Shown: piece after piece, positions 8,494-20,400 of the stretch | Numbering within the stretch: position 1 is the first letter of the stretch | How the letters are laid out: the number at the start of each line of letters is the position of its first letter | IMG/VR virus record: IMGVR_UViG_3300012953_003636 | Span: 1 to 26,869 of that record | Origin: a virus | Taxonomy: Duplodnaviria > Caudoviricetes | Direction: 5' to 3' (one strand) | Length of the DNA stretch: 26,869 nucleotides | Position numbers and translations under genes: made by a program | Notes under the pieces: generated by a model | Seen by the model: only the letters and a program-made list of their open reading frames with translations | The model's database searches: none | Told to the model about the DNA's origin: nothing

Positions 8494-11400
8494 GCGTAGA
8501 AGAAGAAGTCTACGCAGGCGGAGGATCTTCTAGTAGAGGTGGACGTGGAGGACAAAGAAGATCTGTTTCTCCTTCTGGTGGTTCTAATGATGAAGCGCAA
8601 ATTACTTTTAATAGAAGGCTGCAACTTTTATCTGACGCTGGTGCAGGAGGTTTATTCCAATTAGATAACGACCTGTTAAGTGAATTGATTCTTAACACAA
8701 CTATTTCTGATGGAGAAATGCTTCAAAGTTTTTATTCTGCTTTAGATGAAACTCATAAAAATTCAGCAGTCGATTATTTAAAAGGAATGAAAAAAGAATC
8801 GCAACGATTTTTTTGGAATGCTTTACCTGATGCTACGCGAAATGAATTAAATCAATTTGGTTACGAACTGCCTCAAAAAGATAAAATTGATTGGTGGAAT
8901 CCTTGGGATTGGAAAGATTTTTTTGATGAAGAAGTAGGTAGTGAATTTAAAAAAAATGCTTTGTCTTGGTATAACCCAATAGATGCTATTAAACATCCTA
9001 AAAAATATTTTGGAACTGCTGCTAAAACGATAGCTAAAAATCCTTGGCTAGGTGTTACGGCACCTATTTCTTTGATTGGTGCGGCTGGTAGTTATATCCC
9101 ACGAAAAACTATTGAAGGTATTGATTGGTTATTTCATAATGTTGGAGGAAGAGCTAAGAGAGGTTTTGCTGTTGGGATGGACAGTATGACTGGCATTCAT
9201 CCAAATGATTTATTAAAACCTTTTCACGGTGTTGTTAAATATTGGGATAACGCTAAACACGCAGAAACAACATATTCTGATGAAACTATTAATGCTATTA
9301 AAGATCAACTTAATGGTAATGAAACATTATACGAACAGCTTTTATATACCCAAAGATATGGGGATATCTCCGAAGGAATTTTTAGATATTACTTAGATGA
9401 AAATGGTGGAGATCAAATAGACGCACGTAAAAGCATGGAACGATTTTTATCGAGCGGTGTATTAAATTCTACTTCTTGGCGTGGCGCTGAAAGATACGCA
9501 ATGGCAGGAAACATTACTTACGGTGGGCTTCATATGGATGCTTGGGATGATCTTGTTTTGCAAATTCCACCTTATTTTGGTGGTGCTAGACGAGAAGATC
9601 TTTGGGGATTTGAAGGTTTAGAAACTAAAAGACCAGATTCTTTTCAAGGTTACGAAACTGAAGTTTACGATGAAGAAGCTAAAGAATGGGTTAATGGAGA
9701 AAAAATAATAAGAGGTGTGGAATATTATGACAGTCGTCAAGAAGCACTTTCACATGCAAGTAATTTTTATGATTGGAATAGAAAAGCTATAGGAGTAACT
9801 TTTGAAATTATTGGATCTATAACATTTGATCCTACTAATGCCGGTTTAATGAGTATAGCTAAAATTAGACATGCTCGTTCTAGTATAAGAATGGGTAATA
9901 ATTCTACTCTTCAAGGCTATCAAGGCGCAGTTCAAACAGAGCGTGAAGCTGCTTCTGCTATACGAGCGTTAGATGAATTACAAGAAGCTGTTGAAATGGG
10001 AGTTCCTGCTTATAAAGCTGCTAGTGAAGTAGGACAAGGGTCGCGCTTAACTAGAGGTATTTTTAATGGTACTGACGGTTCAAGAAAATCTGTTAAAGGT
10101 GTTCTTAAAACATGGGCAGAAAAATCTGGGGATACTTATTTTAGAAATACTTCTAGATGGAGAAAAGAAGAACTTCGTTCTGAAGGTAGAAAAGTATATC
10201 AAATTAATGAAGCTTTTGCAAAACATGAATTGTGGTTAGTAGAGCAACGAATATTGCAAGCTGCTGGTAAACCTTCTCACGAAACAACAAGTCCTCTTGT
10301 TGAGTTAATTAGAAAAGATCCTCGTTTTGAATCTGTTATAGAAGGTATGGAAAGATGGCATCATCAAAGAAAGACAGCTATTGGTACACAAGATACAGAA
10401 ATAATAGATGTTTTAGATGAAGCTGGAAATGTTATTAAAACAGAAAGAGTTTTTGTTGAACCTACTGATTTTAATATACCTGTAAAAAAACCGGGACTTG
10501 ACGAGTGGGATGGCTGGTGGGATTTTGTAGGTGAACAAGCAGGATATTACACAATGACTGTTGCTTTAAATCAACGTCATCAAAGTAACATAATTTTCCC
10601 ACGTATATCTTGGGGTGGCATATTAAAGAATCGTGCATTTCTTAGCGCTAGAACTTTTATGTCAAAAGGCGACAGTCTACAAGGTTTGCGTGGTGGCATT
10701 TGGGCTGATTCTGTTATGCGGCATGAAGCAATAAGTCAAAGAATGATAGGCGATGCTGTCTATACGCACATTCAAACTGAACCACACTTTAGTAAAGCAT
10801 TAAAAGCAATTACGCATGACGAAATTTGGTCAGCAACAATACGACCACAATATTTTGAAGAGCATGCTAAAAGCCTTGCAAAAAAATGGCAACTATCTGA
10901 CGACGAAGTAGTTGTTTTACAAGAACTTATTACAGCTCAAAGAAATAAAGCAACAAGAAAATTGCATGAAATGTACGATGCAGTAATTTTAAAAGGCGAC
11001 GATCTTGATGATTACATAAAAGCTAATTTTGGTGATCCTGAGTTATCTCAAATTATGAAAGATAACTGGGTGCATATAGATGAATTTTGGCAAACACATT
11101 ACTCTAATCATGGTGTTCCTAAATTTGATAAAGACACAGGACAACTTCTTTTCCCTGCTAATTGGTGGAGAAACTGGGGTCGTCAAGGAAAAGCTTACGC
11201 TGAAAGAAGAAGACGTGGGTTACTTACTAAACCCGGAAGTGTAGAAAATGAACATCTATTAAGATTTCCTAATGAAGTAACTAAGACTACTACTCAAACT
11301 TGGGATGAACTTTATCATGCTGGTATAGATGTAGGTAAAGCACGACACAATTTAAACTCTGCAAAAATTGCAACTCCTGATGAATTAATGCAGTTGTTAG

Positions 11401-14400
11401 AAACTCAAGGAATTAAATGGGTTGCTGAAGAATTAAAAATGTCTGTTAAAGATTTAAAATCTTTTATTAAAAGTGATCTTCATCTTTATTATGTAGAAAA
11501 CAAAATGTACAATGCTGCTGGTAAATTGCGAGATTTTGGGCTTGCAGTTGCTTATCAAACGATGTACAAACCTATGCAATGGACATCGTATTTCTTTAAA
11601 AATGCTCCTCAAAAAAATACTATAAACGTTAATACCGATTTTATGAATAATCATGAAATGGTTGGAGAATTAAAATCATTAGTTGATATGGGAACATTAG
11701 GTGGAGTTCCTACAACTGTAATTGACCAGTACATAAGTCGTTTTCTTTACGGCACAGAAGGTCAACGAATGAATATCATTAATGAATTTTTGTATGATGT
11801 TATGGGTAGATCTGGTGGTTTTGCATACGGAAGAAAAAAAGCTTTAGATATATTTAATGAGTACGCTTTATCTACACAACAAGCTTATTCAAATATAGGA
11901 CAAGATTTATTTTTAGGTAAATCAGGATTAACAGTAGGCGCGATGCTACCTGCTGAAGCTCACGCCGCACAATTAACTAAATTAAAATTAATTCCTGATT
12001 GGCGACAAGTTGGAAGAATGACACAACACATGGGGTTGTTGCGTAATTTAGGATACAGGTTTGGAATTGCTCAACTAGATTTATTTTTCCAAAAATTTTG
12101 GCGACCTAAAGTATTGTTAAAACTTGGTGTAGCTCCAAGAAACTTTTTTGACGAAGCATTACAAATGGGATTACGTCATGGGTTTGGCGCGCAAGTTGAT
12201 ACTCGTTTAGCAATTACTGCGGCGGGAAGAATTTCTCAACGAGATGAATACGGCAGAATATTTGGAGCGCAAGTTGGTGATGTTGCTTGGACTAAAGAAC
12301 AAATAATTAAAGGTGACAGACAAGCTTTATTAAGACAATTAGCTGGTGTTCAACCAGTGGCTCAATCAAATATTGCGTTACTTAAATTCCCTGCCATTGT
12401 TTCAAGAAAATTTTTAGATGTTATGCAAATGGGTAATAAAGCCATTCATAAAAAAGCTGAAAAAGCTGCTATCGCTAGAGAAGGTGGACGTTGGGATAAA
12501 TTACCAAGTGAAGAAAAAGATGCGATTGTTCGTAATGAAATGATAAAACTTTATCAAGAAGAATCTGGGTTTGTTTCAGAAGCAGCTATGCATACACAAT
12601 TTGTTTTAGAATGGAAGCTTCAAGAGATGTTACCTAACGCTCATTTAACAAGTAAATTGTCACCATTTGATCCTGCTATTTCTGACAAAATTGCTGTAGC
12701 TAATAAAATATTAGAAATGCGTGGCGTGTCTGGAGCTAAACAAAGAGAAGGTGTATACCACGCTTTAAACAATCCTGTAGTAATGGAAGCTGTTACAGAA
12801 AGTTTAATGCGCCCTCTAGCGCCTTACATGGATGACGCTAAAGGAACTGATTTAGTAGTAAGACATGGTGGCGATACTCATAATCGAAACATTATGTATC
12901 GACTAGAAATGGATCCTTCAAGAATAGAAACCAAATTTTATACTGAAACTAGAAACAGTAGAGAAAGAGTTGAAGGCGCTTTACAGCAAATGAATTGGAT
13001 GAAAGATGAACCTGCTGCTGTAGAAATGGGAGTTGAACTTGCTCATCATATAGATGAACCTATGAATCTGTTCTTTAGAGATATTGTTCCTCCGGGTTAT
13101 CAAGCTCCTTGGAGGAAAACTGGTAAACCTGCTTTGCCTCAAGGTACTGGAATGCCTCCTCATGTTCCAGATATAGATATTAAAAATGTAGATACTGGAG
13201 TAGGGTCTTCGATTCATCGAGCTACTGACTCGCTTAAAAATGTTGAAGGTAAATTAGAAATTCATTTAGACTTTGGTGTTCTTGCTAAACAGTATAAAGC
13301 TATTTTATTTAATCACAAAAACATAACAAAAGGACCTAATGCTGTTGCTTTAAAAACTCTTGGTTATAATCCTTCTACATTTGTTAAAGGTTTATCAGAG
13401 CTTAATTTAACCGCAGGTCATTCAAGTGTTCCTGAAACTTTTTTAAATGCTTTAAATGTTGAACGCGCAAAAATGGGTATGGCTCCAAAAAAAGCAGGAG
13501 ATGTATTAGAAGAAGCTGAACCTTTTTATTTGTATTCTTTTGAACGTCAGTTAGCTGCTGTTCGTTTACAACATTATGATGATGCTGTTTCAGCTTCTGA
13601 TTTAGTAAAAGCTAATCAAATTGCTTTGCAACAATTAGGTGTTGGTGAATCAGCAGCTCTTTCAAGTAAAGTTCCTCTTGCTCATCCTGTTACTAGAATT
13701 ATTTCTGGCGGTCAATCTGGTGCTGATATAGCTGGTGTTCGTGCGGGTCGTGCGCTTCAAATTGAAACTGGTGGAGTAGCTCCTGTAGGAAAAACCGGCA
13801 AACTTTCTTCTAGTAAAGAAAAAACAAAATACGGAAAATTAGTTACTGATGAAGAAATGAGAGATCTTGGTATAACAGAAGTTGAAGGACCTATACCAGA
13901 AGACGGTGGTAATTGGGGCGAATATTATATGAGGCGGACTAAAGCTAATATAGATGCGTCTGATGGTACTGTTATTTTCACTCAACCAAATTTGCCTAAA
14001 ACAATTAAAGGTAGAGGAGTTTCAGGTACAGAAAGAACAATTAAATATGCTACAGATAAAGCTGATTATCCAGATCCTTTAATATTTAATGCAGAAAAAT
14101 TTACTGATAAAGATAAAACAAGACTTTTAAAATGGTTAAAACGAAATAATATTCAAACACTTAATGTTGCTGGTCCTAGACAACATGTAGTTGAAATGAA
14201 ATGGCAAACAAACAAAAAGAACTCTGTTGTTCTTAGTGGTAAATTTGGCAAAGGTAATATATTTAAAGCAGCAGCAGGAAGTAAATCTAAAACTCTTTTT
14301 GAAGCAGTAGTTAAAGGTGAGCGTAATGCTTTAATAGCTCCTAAATCTACTGAGGTAAGATCTGACACAGTAAGAGGCATGGAACGAGATCCTGAACTAG

Positions 14401-17400
14401 CAAAAGGTGTTAGTCCACTTATAGAAAAAGGTTATAAAAGTGGAGAAGCAAAGATATTACCGATTGATTTAAATCCGGGTCTTTTAGAACGGTTTGGCGA
14501 AGGTGAGTTGCTAACTATAACAAGTGGTAAAGAAAAAGTTTTAGTTCGTGTTATTAGTAAAAAACCTTCTGATGAATACAAAAGTAGAGAGTTAGCTAAA
14601 AAGCTTGGTTATGAATATGATACAAGAACACAAAATTGGGACGAGCTTGCAGTTAGCCATACTGTAATTGAGTTTGAAGTAGTAGCAGAAGATCTTCTTA
14701 AAACTGCTCCAGATTTTGAATCTTCAGTTCAAAAGTTTTTAACTGACTCTTTGTCTGGTGGTGCTAGAACTTATGTACCTCCTGCTCCTACTGCAAGTGG
14801 AATTGATTTACAAAAGAATCTTGAAGCAATAGAAGAATTAGGTGGGCAATTAGATTATTACCCACAATCAATACAAGGAATTACGTTAGATGATGTAGAT
14901 AATGTTGTTGAATGGCAATCACCGTTTGGTGCAAGTAAACCTGAAGTAACTGTTTTAGGTGAAGTAGGAACAGATTATTATTACACGTATCATCATTATC
15001 ATATTGTTGATGAAGGTAAACCAGTTGGTACTGTTCTTCGCTCAAAAGGAAATGGTACAAAAGGAAGCACTAAACATGTATACGTTCAGGGCGGTTGGGA
15101 TCCTGTTATTCAAGATGTTAAAAATCAAGTAGAAGCTATAACTGGTTACGAATTTGATACAGTTATTGTTCAAAAATATGCAAGAGGTAATGTTGATTTA
15201 GGTTTTCATTACGATAAAGAAACAGGAACTTGGCCTGCGCAACCTGAAGCAATTATTGCTTCTGTAAACCTTGGTGCTACAAGAGATTTTGTTTTCAGAC
15301 CACGAACTTATATAGATAAAACTGGTAAACGAGTAGAGTATTCGCGTCAAGCATGGAACAAAACATCTAGAAAAGAAGAACATGTACCGTTTGAATTAAA
15401 CGATAAAGATGTTTTCTTAATGCGTGAAGGCACACAAGATGCTTGGGAACATAGTTTAATGCGACGTAAAGGAAATGTTGGTCCACGTATTAATCTAACA
15501 TTCAGGCGACGTAATCCTGCTATTCAGAAAAAAAGTCGCGGCGACGCAGCAGTTCCATTTAGAGGTGAAGACGTTGCATCTTCAGGATTTACTCCAGCCC
15601 CTCCAAAACCACCAGCATTTGCTCCTGCTTCACCGCCACCACCTGAAGATCCTTCATCACAATTTGCACGAGCTGCATATGACAAAGTAACAGAAATGGG
15701 AGTTCGTTCTCATTTACGAGAATTTTATGAAAACGTACATACTTTTGAACAAGGCACAATGCGTGATGAAGTTAATTTACTTATTAAAAATATTAAAAAA
15801 ACAGTAGGTATAACACCTTCTGAAGAAAAATTTATTAGAGGATTGTTAACTCCTTCAGATAAAAATGTTGGTTACGTTCACAGTAATGCTTTAGCTTGGC
15901 TTGTTAATTACAGAGTTAATCCTGAAGCTTTAGTCGGCGGCAGAGATTTACAACCTATTGTTTCTCGGCAAGTTGATAGAGGAGTAAAAGAGTTTACAAC
16001 TATCTCTGGGCAAGACAGATTAAGATCTTTAAAAGCACATGGCGGTCATCAAGGAGTTATGCTTCCTGTTCCTCCTGATCGAGTAGAAATCTTTTTGCCT
16101 CAAATTAATGGTGATGCTGCATTGCATCTTGGGTATTTATTTGAAGCAGCTCGTGGTCCTATGACTATTGAATTAAGAAACGCTCTTAAAGGATTTCTTG
16201 TTAAAGAATTAGGAACTGACAAATTAGCTATAGATGCTTTAAATATGTTGAACCCTATGAATAATCCTTATGGTTCAACTTTGCCTAGTGCTTGGTTAGA
16301 AAGAAACGTACCTAAAGGCGGAAGTTTTCTTGGACAATTAATAAGTAATAATCCTTCAAATGGTTCTCCGGGAACTTTTGTACCTTTAGGTAGACATACA
16401 GGTGTTCAACAACAGACTGTAATTGGTTTAACAGGATCTCATAATAGTGAACATGCTCAAGCTATTAGTAGAGCAGTAGAAAAATGGAATGAATGGATCT
16501 ATCAAAGCGGTGGACAAATCGGATCACAAATGCTTGATGATGCTTTGAACCCAATGGGACCATTTAAATCTTTGCCTTCTGTTAGACGACTTTATTCTAA
16601 AGGTGAGTATCAAGCAGATATAGGTTTTGGTAGACAATTTGGTTCTTCTCAAGGTATAAATCTTCCGCGAGGTGGGTATGGTCAAGATGTTTCTAGACCA
16701 CCTTCTGTCTATATTGCAGGTGAAGGTTGGGCTGATAAAAAGAGTGTTCCTTTAGGTTGGGTTGAAGAACGAGCTGATGGTGTACCAACTGGTAAATGGA
16801 TTCCAGATGAGACTCCAATGCCTAGCGAATTTGAACCAACTGGTATTATTGGATTAGAAACTGAACTTGAAGCACGTAATATACGTTTTCCTACTACACC
16901 ACAATCCCCTGAAAAACTTGCTACTACTCTTGATAGACGAGAGTATCTTGAAGAAGAAATTATAAATCTTGCACATTCACTACTTTCTTTACCAAGTGGA
17001 TCAAAAGTAACTTATCCGTTTTCTGCAACAGCTTCGTATCAAAGATGGAAAGGCGATTTACCATACTATGACGATTTTGGATTTACTTTAAATAGATTAA
17101 TAAAAATTGTTAACGATCATGGTGCGTCTTCTACTTCTACTATTGCAGATTTAGAACGAGAAATATGGCAAATACTTGGAGATCTTCCAACAGTATCAAA
17201 AGGAATAGCAGACTTGCCGTATATAGGTACTGTAGGTGGGGTAAAACATGATGGTGTTCGTAGAATATTTACTGATTTTGAACCTACAGATCTTGTTCCT
17301 AATTTAGAAATAAAAGGAAACCCTGTAGGTGATATAACACAATTTGATTCTGATATTTTAAAACCGTGGAACATGAGTTATGAAGAAGTTCAATGGATGC

Positions 17401-20400
17401 ACGATGATCCTTCTCTTATAGTAGGTGACACTATAGAACAATTAGCGCAAAGAGACATAGGTTTTGAACAAGATGTCTTCTGGAATTACGCGCGACCTGA
17501 CGAACAATTTTTCCCTGCTGCTGGTTTATCTACAGCAAAACCGGGTGATGTTATACCTCCTCGTGGTGTTATTGGACGTAAAAAAACTCCTGAAACTCAT
17601 GACGCTTTATTCCAAGCTGGTGTTAAAGACGTTGAAGAATACATGATAAATAGAATTAGCGGAATGCCTGAAGAAAAACTTGCAGCATTTTTAAAATGGA
17701 GACAACAACAAATAGATGAAGCAATACAAGCAGGACATGTTGATGCTGTGTGGCCTTTCTTTCGTAATCCTTCTAGCGCTACTTTTGATTATGATGGAGC
17801 AGCTAAAACAATTTTAAGAAATCCTGATCCGCAAGATTATCCTGTTTCGTTTAAAGAAACTGCTAAAGAACTTAAAACTAAAAACATTCCAATCGATGAA
17901 ACCGCCCAACAAAATATGCCTACGAGAACAGCAGCAATAGTTAAAAGTAAATTAAGAACAATAGCTGAATCAGATACACCTAGAGCATTATGGACGTACG
18001 ATAGTGAAAGAGCAGCATCTTTAAGACCAAGTGATATAGGTGGTTTTCATCATGGCATAGATCTTGTAGGTGTAAATCCTAAGAGTGTTGGACCAAATGA
18101 TATTGAAACTGTAATGGATTCACATAATGTGTTTCATGTTTGGGAACATACAAAAACAAAAGATATACACATTCTTCCTGATACTGCTTATAATCCTACT
18201 ACTAAAGAATTAAATATACCTGTCGGTTTTAATCCAAAAGATTATAAATCAATAGGTTCGTTTGAAGCTGGTTCTAACGATATGGCTCAATTTACTAGAG
18301 TCCAAACTGAAAAAATAAAAAATGAAATGAATCATCTTTTAACTACACATGACAGAGTAGAAGCATCTGGAGGCGCACAAGTTAATCATCCTATGTTGCT
18401 TGAGTTAACTGGTTTTCCAAAAGATGCAGCTATGTCAGAAGCGCGATTAGTTACACATAGTAATGATGGATTGTTGCCTCAAAGAATGTTGCATACAATG
18501 CCAGCGGGCGCTCCTAAAACTGGAGCGGGTGGAGCAGTTATGTCTGGTATTAAACATTTAGAAAGAGCTTTCTTTGGTGGTTACATGCATCCTGTTATTA
18601 AAGCAGGTATCCGTGAACCTATGTTCTTGTGGTATTTTTCTGAAACTTGGGCTACTAAATCTTTAGGTATAACTGAATTTTATCAACACAGCGCTAATGC
18701 GTTTAAATTTTTAGAAACAACATTGTTAAAAGAAGTACCTAATTGGTTGCTGCCTAGCAGACTATCGCCACATCATAAAGCTATGCATAACGGAGTAGAA
18801 CAATTTGATATTCCTGAGTTAAGAACCTTTATTGAAACTTTCCGTAATAGAAGAAAAGCTGAAGATGTTACTGCTGTTTTTGCTGACGTAGTAGATGATT
18901 GGATGTCAGGAGTTAAAGACAAAAATCTTTTGTTAGAACAAGTATTTGATCTTCCTAAAGGTGAAGTGCGTATTGGAAATGATTATGGATTGCCCGGAGG
19001 TGGGAATCTTAAAGGTACGCATAGTTTAAGTAAAGCATATGGAAATAATCCTGATGAAGCTTTACGTGATGCTTTAGCAAATAGAAATTATTATGATGTT
19101 GAAATTAATTTTAAAGACAAAGGATTATTCCACAGAGTATTTGCAGGTAACGAAGAACAGTTCTTTCATCTAAAAGAAACATTACCAACAGACGAATACA
19201 ATTTATTTATACGCAGCATAATGGAATGGATGTCGCAACAACTTGCTTCACATCATGCAAGAGTTGATTTTGCAATGCTTGATTCTGCTAAACGAATGAG
19301 TCATTACGTTGACATGCACACAAAACGATCATTCTTTCAAGAGATGGTTGGATCAGCAATACCATTTCATTTTGCTCATTTCCAATTCTTATCAAGATGG
19401 GCAAAAACAATAGAGCATAATCCAGCAGCTATACCAAGATTAAATTGGTTATTGTTTGCTGCTGTACAAACAGGTTACAGATATGAAGATGAACGAACAG
19501 GACAGATGAGACTTAAAATACCTTTCACTGAAACAGGTGTAGGTATTTTCTTAGAAGTAATGAATAGTATTCCTATAGTTCAAAAATTCTTTGGTAGTAA
19601 ATTATTAAGCGTCTTTGAAGATGGTGTAGGGTTCCCTGAAAGATTTATTTTGCCGGGATACGATCCAGATAATTTACTTGAATTTCAACTTGGTCCAATA
19701 CTAGGAATCCCTTTAACAGCAGCATCTCATGTAATTGGTCCACAACTGCTTAATGAAGGTTTACTTGGTGTAGGTGAAAATCTTGTAATGAATAGAACTT
19801 ACGATGAGCCTTTAGTTAATTCAATTTTTGGTCAGCTATTACCTACAACATTTGTTCGACCATTTGCTGCTGTTCTTAATGCTTTTGGTGGTTCTGATAT
19901 AGCTGGACTTTATTCTAAAGCTGAAGCTGACGCAGTTATGATCTTAGGATTAAAAGGAATGTTACCTGACCAAGCTGACATGGCTGGCAGGCCGGGTGAA
20001 GAAGTTTTCAATCAGAATTGGTATGAAGCTATTTCTCATATAGCTAAAGTAAAAATGGTTATGGATATGGTGACATGGCAAATAGTTGGTACGTCATCAC
20101 GTTCAACAATATTGTCATCTGATGCAGCTTGGGAATGGAATGAGTTAATGCAACGAGGTATTGATATGGGTATGCCTCATGAAGAAGCTTTTGAATACAT
20201 GTTGGATCAAGCTAAAGAAGACTTTGATGCTAATTTTGCTATAGAGTATCCAAATATTTCTACAGATGATTCTTTTTATTGGGATGAATGGAATAGAGAA
20301 ATAACTAGAATAGGTACTACTGGCGTAGGCGCAACAGAGAAAATAACAATAGCTGATTTGCCTATGACTGTGGCAGCTTGGGAATGGTTGACAACAGGAG

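Noticed and set aside
18045-18070. FHHGIDL resembling the M23 peptidase HxxxD motif
   Set aside because: No downstream HxH motif or M23 glycine pattern at the expected spacing.
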